Program-made: the position numbers and the translations under genes
Notes under the pieces: model-generated
The model's database searches: none
Seen by the model: the letters and a program-made list of their open reading frames with translations, nothing else
What the model was told of the DNA's origin: nothing
From: Salinivirgaceae bacterium
GTDB lineage: Bacteria; Bacteroidota; Bacteroidia; Bacteroidales; Salinivirgaceae
DNA length: 64,000 bases
Assembly (NCBI GenBank): GCA_028709085.1
Contig: JAQVXQ010000001.1
Span: 16,545 to 80,544 of the forward strand
Direction of reading: 5' to 3'
Part shown: positions 47,672-57,202 of the stretch, piece after piece
Layout: each line of letters opens with the position of its first letter
Numbering within the stretch: position 1 is the stretch's first letter

Positions 47672-49864
47672 TTATTTGAGATTTGCTTGGTAAAAGTTTA
47701 ATATTTTAGTGTATAGATGCATTCTAGTTTTTCCTCCATAAATGCTGTGGTTTCGGTTAGTGTACATCATCATCTCGAACTGCTTTTCGGCCTGCACGAG
47801 TGCTTCAACAAATTCGATTGTATTTTGAGGATGCACATTATCATCGCTTGTTCCGGAAATAATCAGAAGCTTACCTTTTAGTTTATCGACATGATTAATG
47901 GGGCTATTTGAGTCATATCCCGTTGGATTTTCTTGTGGAGTGCGCATAAATCGTTCTGTATAAATGTTGTCGTAATATCGCCAGTTGGTCACTGGAGCCA
48001 CTGCCACACCAGCCGCAAAATAATCGGCACCTTGGGTTAAACAATTCAGGGTCATAAAACCGCCATAACTCCAGCCCCAAATGCCAATTTTAGTTGCATC
48101 AATGTAAGGCATTGATCCAAAGTATTTTGCCGATTCTATTTGATCAATTGTTTCATATTTGCCCAGTTCTTTATAGGTCATTTTGCGAAATTCCTCCCCT
48201 TTTCCGCCTGTTCCACGCCCATCGACACAAGCAACAACAAACCCTTCCGTAGCCAATACTTGCTCCCAATCGACACTCCAACGATCCAATACCTGTTGTG
48301 AATTTGGTCCTGAATATTGTGTCATAACTAAGGGATATGTTTTTGTGCTATCGAAATTTACGGGTTTCACAATCCATGCATTGAGTTCAATATTTTCAGT
48401 GGTTTTAAAGGTAAAGAACTCTTTGGGTTGAAAATTATATTTTGTTAGTTTGTCTTTCAGTTCTTTATTTTCTTCTAAAACACGAACGAGTTTATCTTTT
48501 TTATCGTGAAGTGTAACATAGGTAGGTGTTGAAGCACTAGAATAGTAATTAATATAGTATTTGAATCCTTTACTAAAATAGGCATCGTTGGTACCCAATT
48601 GCATTGACCTTTTGATCTTCTTAGTACCTTTAAAATCAACAGAATAGATTGTTTTATAAATGGATCCCTCTTCGGTTGATTGGTAGTAAACGAGGTTATT
48701 TTTGCCATCGACCCCTAATAAACTTGTTACATCAAAGTTCCCTTCGGTCACTTGTGTTAATTGTTTTGAGTTTATATCGTAAAGATAAATGTGATTATAT
48801 CCATCCTTTTCACTCATTATCAGAAACTTATTCTTATCAACAAAGGTAAGATCTTCGTAGGGAGGTTGATCGATATAGTACTTATTTTCTTCGGCATAAA
48901 CCACCTCGGAATTGCCTGATGTTGCATCACTAAACAGAATTTCTATTTTATTCTGCAAACGATTTAAACGTACTATGGCTAGCGTATTTTCTTTTTTGCT
49001 CCAATAGATTCGGGGAATATAAATGTCTGTTTGGGTGCCAATATTTAAGGTAATTTTCTCTTTACTTGCAATATCGTAGGTGTGCACAGAAATTACTGAG
49101 TTTTCTTCACCCGCTTTTGGATACTTAAACGCATACACTTCCGGATAAAGAGCATTTTCGGTCATTTCAGGAGCTAATCCTTTATATTTAAGCAAGTTAA
49201 ATTCTTTAACGTGACTTTCATCAAATCGGCACCACGCAATTTTATCTCCTTTTGGCGACCATTCAAATGCTTGATTATAACCAAACTCCTCTTCATAAAC
49301 CCAATCGGGAGCACCGTTTATAACTTCATTCTCTTTGCCATCGTTTGTTACTGTGGTGATATTTGCTTTTAAATCACTAATAAACAGATTATTATTGCGT
49401 ATAAAGGCTATTTTATCTCCACTGGGAGAAAATGTTGCCAATTGCTCTTTACCATCCTCTGAAACTGGATAGAGTTGTTTTTTTGAAAAATCCCACACAT
49501 AGTAATCCGCAATAAATGAGCGACGATATATGTAATCGGGGTTTACATAAAACAATATTCGTTGTTCATTCTCTGAAAATTGGTAATTGGAAAGATGCTT
49601 AATGTTTTCATTTTCAAAATCGGATGTTTTAACCAACGTGTCGATAGCCTCGCCGGTTTTATAACTGTATTTAACAAGTGCATTCTTTTTAATGGCGGTA
49701 TAATGTAAACCATCATTCATAGATTGTAGGCCTTGAACAGTTCGTGCACCAAAAGTTCGAGTCGAATAGATGTCAGCCAACGCAATATCCTGCTTTTGAC
49801 CAAATAGTAGTGTTCCCGTAAAAACACTCAATAACAGCAAGTTGACTCTTAATTTTGTATTCAT
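47672..49864 (-). CDS. Dipeptidyl-peptidase IV (S9B prolyl oligopeptidase family)
   Basis: Start taken at ATG 49864 (MNTKLRVNLLLLSVF signal). The track start 49909 is TTG. Has a beta-propeller region, the catalytic GWSYGG serine motif, and downstream Asp/His regions. Confidence 0.85.
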   Translation of the reverse strand: MNTKLRVNLLLLSVFTGTLLFGQKQDIALADIYSTRTFGARTVQGLQSMNDGLHYTAIKKNALVKYSYKTGEAIDTLVKTSDFENENIKHLSNYQFSENEQRILFYVNPDYIYRRSFIADYYVWDFSKKQLYPVSEDGKEQLATFSPSGDKIAFIRNNNLFISDLKANITTVTNDGKENEVINGAPDWVYEEEFGYNQAFEWSPKGDKIAWCRFDESHVKEFNLLKYKGLAPEMTENALYPEVYAFKYPKAGEENSVISVHTYDIASKEKITLNIGTQTDIYIPRIYWSKKENTLAIVRLNRLQNKIEILFSDATSGNSEVVYAEENKYYIDQPPYEDLTFVDKNKFLIMSEKDGYNHIYLYDINSKQLTQVTEGNFDVTSLLGVDGKNNLVYYQSTEEGSIYKTIYSVDFKGTKKIKRSMQLGTNDAYFSKGFKYYINYYSSASTPTYVTLHDKKDKLVRVLEENKELKDKLTKYNFQPKEFFTFKTTENIELNAWIVKPVNFDSTKTYPLVMTQYSGPNSQQVLDRWSVDWEQVLATEGFVVACVDGRGTGGKGEEFRKMTYKELGKYETIDQIESAKYFGSMPYIDATKIGIWGWSYGGFMTLNCLTQGADYFAAGVAVAPVTNWRYYDNIYTERFMRTPQENPTGYDSNSPINHVDKLKGKLLIISGTSDDNVHPQNTIEFVEALVQAEKQFEMMMYTNRNHSIYGGKTRMHLYTKILNFYQANLK

Positions 49865-50005
49865 ATTGTTGCATTTTAGGGTTGTTTGATTTGAAGCCGT
49901 AATTTGCAAAAAATAAGTAGCTTATCCAAGGATTTTTGAGGGATTTTAACTACCAAACTCATGTAGTAACAATGAAAACTCTGTTTAGTTTATTCAATAA
50001 CATTA

Positions 50006-51457
50006 TTAATTCGAATTATCTTTGTGTACAATAAAAACTAATCGATATAAGTTAAATAACATCATGAAATCCATGCCCGAATATTCATGTCCAATTTCGG
50101 AAGTTTTGGGCAAATGTTCAGGCCAAACACAACGCGAAGTGGATTTCCAGTTTTTTGAGTTGCAATCATTGGAACCATTTTTGGGTATATCCATAAAAAG
50201 GGTATCATAATATGACTTTTCTATTTCATAAATACCTACATCCAAGAGGTGTTGTGTTGCATTTTTCGAGTGTAAAATTAACCATATTAGTGGGAAATGT
50301 TCGTATTTGAAAATGGCTGAATGATTTCTATGGTGCAACAACAATTCAAAGGTTTCGTTTCCCATTGGATTTCCAGTAGTAGCTAAGGATCGGATTTTAT
50401 AATCATCAAATTTGATCGGAATATTTGGGATAAAACCGGGTAGTTTAATTTGTCGGTATCGCATTAATGTTTTAAAAATCATGCCATGCGTAGGGCTTAA
50501 TCCATGATATCTTCTATGGTTTTCACCTGTCAGAAACCGAGCTGTTTCGATAAAACCATAATGAAAAAAGATGGATAAATCAAGATCACTACCCGATCCC
50601 TCTTCCACCAATTCGTTATTCAATGGATTGGCGATGTACCAATGTGTTCGTACTCCTAATAATGGTTTTGGCAGCCGTTTTTTTGTTTTGTTTTGAATCA
50701 AAAGAACATATCGTTTTGCAATATCTGCCACCCATTTTTTGCAATCAATGGAATCACCAGCCCATATCCCTCTATTTTTTAAATAATTGGGGATGATTGG
50801 CGTGTCAAAGTGGATCGGAATATCTTTTATCGATATTTTATTTACCAAAACCGAAACTAACGTTAATCCCTCTAAATGATGTATTATATTGTCCTGACTA
50901 AGAGCCGGATCATTGGCATGTGTATATACGCTTCTAAAACTATCGGTTTTAAAATGATGCTTATGACTCTTCCAAAATTCCGAAGATACATCGTCGCGAT
51001 TATGAAAACCATTAATATTCGCTCTTGGGTTTACAATCAAAACAGGGTATTCACTTTCGTTATTAGAATTGGTACGTAAAAACGTTTCTGAATATAGATC
51101 TAGTCGTTCCAGTGCCATTAAAGCATACAATAATTCGCTCCGGGTTTGAAGCGTTGGTTTTTGTTGATTGCTTTGAATAGCAAACTCGGTAGCTAGAATT
51201 GAGAGATAATGGCTCATATTTGAGTTGCCATCGGACCATTCCATTCGATTTTCGCTGTAATTTATTTCTGTTGCTGGAATATTTACGCCTTGATGTTCAA
51301 CGCAAGAGTCAATTACTATAAAATGTTCTCGCAATCGTTCTCTATACCGTTCATATGTTGAATCGAGGTGGAAATTTGATTGGCCAAAAATGGAATTGAT
51401 ATTTAAGCTAAACATTAAAAATAGAGCGATATCTATCAATACATATGAAAGTTTCAT
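50006..51457 (-). CDS. Secreted hypothetical protein (no family recognised)
   Basis: 483-aa uninterrupted ORF with a plausible signal peptide (LFLMFSLNINSIFGQ). His/Trp-rich, no motifs I can assign. Confidence 0.5.
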   Translation of the reverse strand: MKLSYVLIDIALFLMFSLNINSIFGQSNFHLDSTYERYRERLREHFIVIDSCVEHQGVNIPATEINYSENRMEWSDGNSNMSHYLSILATEFAIQSNQQKPTLQTRSELLYALMALERLDLYSETFLRTNSNNESEYPVLIVNPRANINGFHNRDDVSSEFWKSHKHHFKTDSFRSVYTHANDPALSQDNIIHHLEGLTLVSVLVNKISIKDIPIHFDTPIIPNYLKNRGIWAGDSIDCKKWVADIAKRYVLLIQNKTKKRLPKPLLGVRTHWYIANPLNNELVEEGSGSDLDLSIFFHYGFIETARFLTGENHRRYHGLSPTHGMIFKTLMRYRQIKLPGFIPNIPIKFDDYKIRSLATTGNPMGNETFELLLHHRNHSAIFKYEHFPLIWLILHSKNATQHLLDVGIYEIEKSYYDTLFMDIPKNGSNDCNSKNWKSTSRCVWPEHLPKTSEIGHEYSGMDFMMLFNLYRLVFIVHKDNSN

Positions 51458-51510
51458 ATATTAATTGTTCTATTTAAACATGAAAGATACGCTTATTCGC
51501 AAAGAGATAC

Positions 51511-51544
51511 AAAAAAGCCACTTACATTTTATTTGTAAGTGGCT
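51511..51544 (-). terminator. Intrinsic terminator after tRNA-Arg
   Basis: 11-bp perfect stem AGCCACTTACA (51516-51526) / TGTAAGTGGCT (51534-51544). The A6 run on the plus strand is a U-run on the minus-strand transcript. Confidence 0.7.
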
Positions 51545-51553
51545 GGTCAATAG

Positions 51554-51627
51554 TGACCCCGAAGGGACTCGAACCCCTAACCTTCTGATCCGTAATCAGA
51601 TGCTCTATCCAATTGAGCCACGAGGCC
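51554..51627 (-). tRNA. tRNA-Arg (anticodon ACG)
   Basis: Reverse complement GGCCTCGTGGCTCAATTGGATAGAGCATCTGATTACGGATCAGAAGGTTAGGGGTTCGAGTCCCTTCGGGGTCA. Anticodon loop is TTACGGA. Confidence 0.9.
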
Positions 51628-51638
51628 GTTTGCGTGTG

Positions 51639-51646
51639 CAAAAGTA
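51639..51646 (-). promoter_or_regulatory. -7 box (TACTTTTG) of tRNA-Arg
   Basis: Exact TAnnTTTG 11 nt upstream of the mature 5' end. The 17-mer 51637-51653 is identical to 33470-33486. Confidence 0.6.
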
Positions 51647-51788
51647 GAACATTTTTGTTCAATACCAAAATTATTGTTTGAAAAATTACAATAAATTTTG
51701 GTTAAATATTCTTTGATTTTCTTTTTATAGAATGCGATTCAATGAGTAAAAACAAGTTGACATTCGGAATATGTTGATTATATTAAAC

Positions 51789-53237
51789 TTACTGCCCATA
51801 ATCACGACGCAGTTGATCATATTCGTCATCAAAAACATTCCCACTATTGGCGTCCATATACTCTCCCTTCATTATATCAGCCCAACCTTCAGTAGCCATT
51901 TCTCCGACCATATCGCTATGAATAAGTTCATAATCTTGGGTACCTTGGCTTACTAAGCAAAAAACAAAGCGTCGATTTGATTTGTCATTGATTTTATAAT
52001 AATGCCAAATTTCATAGGGTTTATAATTAGATAAGTATTTACGACTTATAATTTGGTTTGGACTACCATATTGTAAATAGACACGCCCTCTTTCGGTCAT
52101 ATAACCTCGTTTTATTTGTGTTCCGTAAAGGGACTCCACCAATTCAACTTGTTTCAAGTATATATTCCATTCATTTTCAGGTGCTAAAGAATTTCTTGAC
52201 TCCCAGAAATTTATAAAAAATTGTTGCATGGTCTTTAAATCTTTCGCTGTAAAATCGGATTCAATAAATCCACGCTCCACCTTGCCGGCAATGGGATATA
52301 AACTTTTTATGTGAATTGCCATTTCATGTACTGTGGAGTATTTAAGAACCCAAGACTCCTCGAGGTCAATTTTAGTGAAATCGGTTGGCGCTTCAACCTT
52401 TTTAGAACTACTTCGTTGAAAAAAATGTTTTTTATTCAATAAAAGTTCATTGTTTTTATCTCTCACTTCAATCTCTAAATTGTAGTTTCCAGATGGTAAA
52501 TCTTTAATATTAACGCCTTTGCTTATTACTACTATTGGTGATGCTTTTCTACGTTCAAAAGAAATTGTTTTTTCAAATGTCCTTCTACTTGGAATGGAGG
52601 TTACATAATAACGGATTAAAAAATCACCGTTTTCGCCAATCTCATTATTAATATTATATAATTCGCAATAAAAATTCAGCGTATTCATATTTTCCGGATA
52701 AAAGTTACTTACATACGGAATTATGTTTAAGCCACTCTTGGTGTACTTTGTAACTATTTCGGATGGCGTAAAATATTCAGCTGGTTCTATACCACTAAAT
52801 GCCATTTCATCTTTTGGAATTGTAACCGTTAGAATGTCTTTATGCGTAAACGCAGCACTGTCTAGCGAATAGTTATCTTTTATTTTCAATTCAAAATTAT
52901 ATGCTCCATCCAATAGGGGTATTCTTTGAAGATCGATAAAAGCCTGTGCTTTTTCATTCATTACGGTGTCAATTTCCGGACTGGAGATATTATATTTGCG
53001 ATATTCGCGAATTTCATCCCCATTTTTAAATAACATTGTAACCTCAACCGAAGCTTGCAACTTTCCCTCGTTGTTTACCTTATACGTTACGGAATTAGGA
53101 TCAATGGCTAAATAGGTCTCCACATAGATTCCAATGGTTGGTGCGTAAAATGGAGCATAATGAAAATAAGCTTTAACTGCATAGGTTGCAATTGGTGCTA
53201 ATAAAGAGAGTACAAAAATTGAAATCAATCGTTTCAT
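51789..53237 (-). CDS. GWxTD-domain-like secreted protein
   Basis: 482 aa with a signal peptide. The C-terminal block RGYMTERGRVYLQYGSPN...YEIWHY resembles the GWxTD domain, with GYMTE in place of GWxTD. Confidence 0.55.
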   Translation of the reverse strand: MKRLISIFVLSLLAPIATYAVKAYFHYAPFYAPTIGIYVETYLAIDPNSVTYKVNNEGKLQASVEVTMLFKNGDEIREYRKYNISSPEIDTVMNEKAQAFIDLQRIPLLDGAYNFELKIKDNYSLDSAAFTHKDILTVTIPKDEMAFSGIEPAEYFTPSEIVTKYTKSGLNIIPYVSNFYPENMNTLNFYCELYNINNEIGENGDFLIRYYVTSIPSRRTFEKTISFERRKASPIVVISKGVNIKDLPSGNYNLEIEVRDKNNELLLNKKHFFQRSSSKKVEAPTDFTKIDLEESWVLKYSTVHEMAIHIKSLYPIAGKVERGFIESDFTAKDLKTMQQFFINFWESRNSLAPENEWNIYLKQVELVESLYGTQIKRGYMTERGRVYLQYGSPNQIISRKYLSNYKPYEIWHYYKINDKSNRRFVFCLVSQGTQDYELIHSDMVGEMATEGWADIMKGEYMDANSGNVFDDEYDQLRRDYGQ

Positions 53238-53330
53238 ATTAATTATCTTTTGAAATAATTATCCTATTTATAGTAGAGTTGTTCTGATAGAATGCCAAAA
53301 ATAGTGAAATAATTTTACTGCTAAATTTAT

Positions 53331-54122
53331 TTAGGCCATAAATTTCATTACCTCATTCAATAACGCATCGTATATCAGATTGTTGGATGCGATTATTTCT
53401 TGTCCAAACAAATAGTTGTCGCCCCCCGAAAAATCGGCAACTTTACCTCCTGCTTGTTCCACAATAAAAGCCCCCGCTGCTACGTCCCAAGGACTCAGGC
53501 TATATTCGAAAAAACCGTCCAAACGACCACAGGCAACATATGCTAAATCGGTTGCAGCGCTTCCCAATCGACGTAAACCGTGCGAAGTGTGCATAAATTC
53601 TTTCATTAATGCCATGTATTTATCCAGTCGATCGTAATCGTAATATGGGAAACCGGTTCCAAGCAACGAATTTTGCAAGGTACTTACTTTCGACACATGG
53701 ATCTCCTTTTGATTCATATATGCCTTCTCTCCTTTTGCACTATAAAATGCTTCATTCAAACCAATTTCATGCACAACTCCAATTACTGGTTTGTTATTAT
53801 GCATTAAAGCAATGCTGATAGCCACCGGTGAAAGGCTGTGTATGTAATTCGTTGTTCCATCGAGCGGATCAATGATCCAAACAAACTCTTTATCGGCATG
53901 TTTTTCTCCACCCTCTTCGCCAATAAATCCGCAATTGGGGATTAATTTCTCAAGTTTCTCAATTAGAAACTCCTCCGTTTGTTTATCAACGTGGGTTACA
54001 AAGCTATTATGTGATTTTGTTTCAAACGTTGTATTACTAAATTTCGAGCGTTCGCTTTTCATAAAAATGGAGGCTTGGTCCGTTAAATTCAGCGTCTCTT
54101 TCAATATTTTACTATAATTCAT
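53331..54122 (-). CDS. Inositol monophosphatase family protein (SuhB-like)
   Basis: 263 aa with IGEEGG, WIIDPLDGTTNY and WDVAAG motifs. Confidence 0.85.
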   Translation of the reverse strand: MNYSKILKETLNLTDQASIFMKSERSKFSNTTFETKSHNSFVTHVDKQTEEFLIEKLEKLIPNCGFIGEEGGEKHADKEFVWIIDPLDGTTNYIHSLSPVAISIALMHNNKPVIGVVHEIGLNEAFYSAKGEKAYMNQKEIHVSKVSTLQNSLLGTGFPYYDYDRLDKYMALMKEFMHTSHGLRRLGSAATDLAYVACGRLDGFFEYSLSPWDVAAGAFIVEQAGGKVADFSGGDNYLFGQEIIASNNLIYDALLNEVMKFMA

Positions 54123-54239
54123 AATTGTATTTTAAATATTTCAATTTGCTATCTCTCCAATAAATGTCTGATTATCAACATCAAAACAGTTTAGCTTAAC
54201 ATTTACTATTTTATTCACTAACTTTTCGTCGAAAGGTAC

Positions 54240-55430
54240 TTATACTTTGAGATAATTATCTGTAAATCCGGATATTGATTTCTTGTTATTTCCCTTTTCA
54301 AAAAGAACAGGCCGTACAGTTGATTCAAGCTGATGGGCAAATTTTGTACTTAGTTCAACTCCTTTTTGGTGCAGAATTTGGCTTCTTTGTTTTCGTATTG
54401 TTTTAGGCACTTGAGCCATTTCGAGGGCTTTTGTGTTGGGACGTTCCGAATAGGTGAAAATATGCAATTCTGAGAGGCCAAGTAATTCAAGAAACGATAT
54501 GGTTTTATTAAAATCATCGTTGCTCTCTTCAGGAACGCCAACAATGATGTCAATTGCTATAAATGCCTGTGGGATAATCTTTTGGATATAGCGAATCCGA
54601 GCTTTAAAATCGGAAGTTGTATAACGTCGCCGCATTAATTTAAGAAGTTTATCGGTTCCACATTGTAAAGGTATATGAAAATGGGGCATTAATACTGAAC
54701 TTTTTGCAGCTAAATCAATAATCCGATTTTCCAATAAATTAGGTTCAATGGACGATATTCTTAATCGTTCAAGTCCTTCAATATTTTGCATTTCCACCAA
54801 TAAATCGTATAACGATTCACCCTGTTTACGCCCAAAATCACCGATATTTACACCCGTTAAAACAATCTCCTTAACTCCCTTTGATACAATTGCTTTAGCC
54901 TCTTCAATTACATTTTTAATTAAATCACTTCTGCTCAATCCTCGAGCAATTGGAATGGTACAATAACTACAAAAGTAGTCACAACCATCTTGAATTTTCA
55001 AAAACGAACGAGTGCGGTCATCAATGGACCATGCGGAATTAAATTCATCTAAATCCTTATAGTCGCAAATGCTTGATCCAACGAATTTTTTCTCAACAAA
55101 ATCGACCACCTTATGCTTATCTCGATTACTTAGAATAATGTCAACGCCATCTATATTTTGAATTTGTTCGGGTTTAAGTTGTGCATAACAACCAACCACT
55201 ACAATTTGTGCTTCGCTATTCTGTTTTATGGCTTTCTGTATTATATTGCGGCACTTTTTATCGGCAACCTCGGTTACACTACACGTATTAATAACGTAGA
55301 CATCCGCTTTTTTATTAAAATCAACTTTTTCATATCCCGCCTCTAAAAATTTACGGGCAATGGTGGATGTTTCCGAAAAATTCAATTTACACCCCAAGGT
55401 AAATAAGGCAACACTTTTATTTTTAGTCAT
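54240..55430 (-). CDS. mtaB: tRNA t6A37 methylthiotransferase MtaB, ended by an in-frame TAA; the reading frame continues 33 more sense codons to TGA at 54141-54143
   Basis: N-terminal TLGCKLNFSE (MtaB-type UPF0004 domain) and radical-SAM CDYFCSYCTIP. The ORF stops inside what looks like the C-terminal TRAM domain (...GFTDNYLKV*VPFDEKLVNKIVNVKLNCFDVDNQTFIGEIAN*). Confidence 0.8.
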   Translation of the reverse strand: MTKNKSVALFTLGCKLNFSETSTIARKFLEAGYEKVDFNKKADVYVINTCSVTEVADKKCRNIIQKAIKQNSEAQIVVVGCYAQLKPEQIQNIDGVDIILSNRDKHKVVDFVEKKFVGSSICDYKDLDEFNSAWSIDDRTRSFLKIQDGCDYFCSYCTIPIARGLSRSDLIKNVIEEAKAIVSKGVKEIVLTGVNIGDFGRKQGESLYDLLVEMQNIEGLERLRISSIEPNLLENRIIDLAAKSSVLMPHFHIPLQCGTDKLLKLMRRRYTTSDFKARIRYIQKIIPQAFIAIDIIVGVPEESNDDFNKTISFLELLGLSELHIFTYSERPNTKALEMAQVPKTIRKQRSQILHQKGVELSTKFAHQLESTVRPVLFEKGNNKKSISGFTDNYLKV

Positions 55431-55569
55431 TTAGAGATATCATTTATACTTTAAAACGGGTTGTTGGAATGAATTAAAAAAATCAAATAAACGTAGAACT
55501 CTACAAACAATATACCACACACAATGTGGAAAATCTGTGTAAAAGTAGGGATGTTTTAGCAAAATTGCT

Positions 55570-55577
55570 TATTTTTG
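55570..55577 (+). promoter_or_regulatory. Candidate -7 box (TATTTTTG) for the RRM-protein gene
   Basis: Exact TAnnTTTG 63 nt upstream of ATG 55641, which implies a roughly 55-nt leader. Confidence 0.4.
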
Positions 55578-55640
55578 TTTAACCATCATTAGAAAATTAA
55601 ACTATTTGATGATATTGTTAACCAATAACAACTTGTGTTT

Positions 55641-55949
55641 ATGAAAATTTTTGTAGCAAATCTAAGTCCCCGGACTACGGGAGAAGATTTAAATCGAGCA
55701 TTCTGTATCTATGGTGAAGTAAACTCAGCAAAAGTAATTTTTGACAAGGTGACTGGAAATTCAAAACGATACGGTTTCATTGAAATGCCCAACGACGACG
55801 AGGCAGCAAAGGCCATTGAGGCACTTAATGAGTCTAATTTAGATGAGAATTGCATTGTTGCTAAAATCTCTATTCCAACCGGAGATAGTGAGCCAAAAGC
55901 AAGCAAATCAATGAATTTTGATGTAAAATTCGATCGAGATATAATGTAA
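55641..55949 (+). CDS. RRM-type RNA-binding protein
   Basis: Start taken at MKIFVANLS (RNP2: IFVANL). RNP1 is RYGFIEM. Has a roughly 20-aa C-terminal extension. Confidence 0.8.
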   Translation: MKIFVANLSPRTTGEDLNRAFCIYGEVNSAKVIFDKVTGNSKRYGFIEMPNDDEAAKAIEALNESNLDENCIVAKISIPTGDSEPKASKSMNFDVKFDRDIM

Positions 55950-55970
55950 TATTGATAATTATTAGACATT

Positions 55971-56018
55971 AAAAAAAACCATGCCTAATCGGATTATTGC
56001 CTTCAGACATGGTTTTTG
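55971..56018. terminator. Bidirectional intrinsic terminator
   Basis: A8 run, stem AACCATG (55977-55983) / CATGGTT (56008-56014), then a T5 run. On the minus-strand transcript the stem is followed by U8. Confidence 0.55.
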
Positions 56019-56020
56019 CA

Positions 56021-56212
56021 TTAATTCTTACAGAAACCGATCTGACAATAGGTTTTCTCGGTTGGTTCTTTCGATGCTATTATTTTTTGTATCGTAGAAC
56101 GTAATACTTGTTTTCTTGGTTCTTTTAAAACAATTTTGTTCTGCCGTAATAGATTCAGAAAGATTTTTGGGGTAAGAATTTGCACTTCAATTGGAATTGT
56201 AGAATTTTGCAT
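56021..56212 (-). CDS. Possible small protein (63 aa), unvalidated
   Basis: ATG-initiated ORF ending 3 nt before the terminator hairpin. Basic, with C-terminal YCQIGFCKN. No recognisable promoter box or family. Confidence 0.2.
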   Translation of the reverse strand: MQNSTIPIEVQILTPKIFLNLLRQNKIVLKEPRKQVLRSTIQKIIASKEPTEKTYCQIGFCKN

Positions 56213-56533
56213 AGGCTCGTTTTTATGATATAATATTCAAAACGATTTCCTAATTTCATTATTGCATAGATTCCAACAAATATTTTATAGCATTAAATTC
56301 TGACGAATTTTCATTTTGATATGCACAAAAATGTTGAATTGCTGAGGTCGCGAGCTGTTAAGTTGATAAATTTCGAAGAAGGTATTTAAAACGGCACAAT
56401 TCTTAAATCGATAATGGCTTAAAAAAACTAAAACTACTTGCCTACCTCGAATCAAACAATACTGACTCTAACACCACATACTCTTCAATATAAATTTCTT
56501 AAAACCCAATTTCAGATTACGAACCAAATTAAA

Positions 56534-57118
56534 TTACGAAACCTGAATGGAATTGTTTTCAATCAGTTTACGCATATTTATCAGTGCGTAGCGCATTCTT
56601 CCCAGAGCAGTATTTATGCTAACATCTGTAAGATTGGCTATCTCCTTAAAACTCAAGTCCATATAATGTCGCATAATAACAACTTCTTTTTGCTCTTCCG
56701 GCAAATAGTCGATTAAACTCTTTACTTTTTTACGGATTTGATCGCTAATCATATGATCTTCAATGGTTGAGTCACTAAACTTAGCATTATTAAAAAGATC
56801 AACTTTCCCATCCGTATTGCTGATAGTGCGCATATTTTTTTGACGTCTGAAATGATCAATTACTAAATTATGGGCAATTCTTAATACCCAACCTATAAAT
56901 CGACCATCGTCCTTATATCTATTGAGACGCAATGATTTAACGACTTTTATAAAAGTGTCTTGAAAAATATCTTCCGCTAGTTCTTGATTTTTGACAAGCA
57001 TTAGTATGTAGGTATATACTTTGCTTTTATGTCGTTTAATTAAAACTTCGATACTACTTTCGTCGCCATCTATAAATTGCCTAACTAGATCATAATCTGT
57101 AAGCTGTACAGTACTCAT
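56534..57118 (-). CDS. ECF-type sigma-70 family RNA polymerase sigma factor
   Basis: 194 aa with region 2 (DIFQDTFIKV, WVLRIAHNLVIDHFRR) and region 4 (LPEEQKEVVIMRHYMDLSFKEIANLTDVSINTALGRM). No anti-sigma gene is adjacent. Confidence 0.85.
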   Translation of the reverse strand: MSTVQLTDYDLVRQFIDGDESSIEVLIKRHKSKVYTYILMLVKNQELAEDIFQDTFIKVVKSLRLNRYKDDGRFIGWVLRIAHNLVIDHFRRQKNMRTISNTDGKVDLFNNAKFSDSTIEDHMISDQIRKKVKSLIDYLPEEQKEVVIMRHYMDLSFKEIANLTDVSINTALGRMRYALINMRKLIENNSIQVS

Positions 57119-57202
57119 AACAGTTCCTCCTTTATGGGTTTACAATGTTCAGCGTAGAAATAATCCTATAAGCAATCCTCCTAGTTTTAATTTGTTAAGT
57201 TG

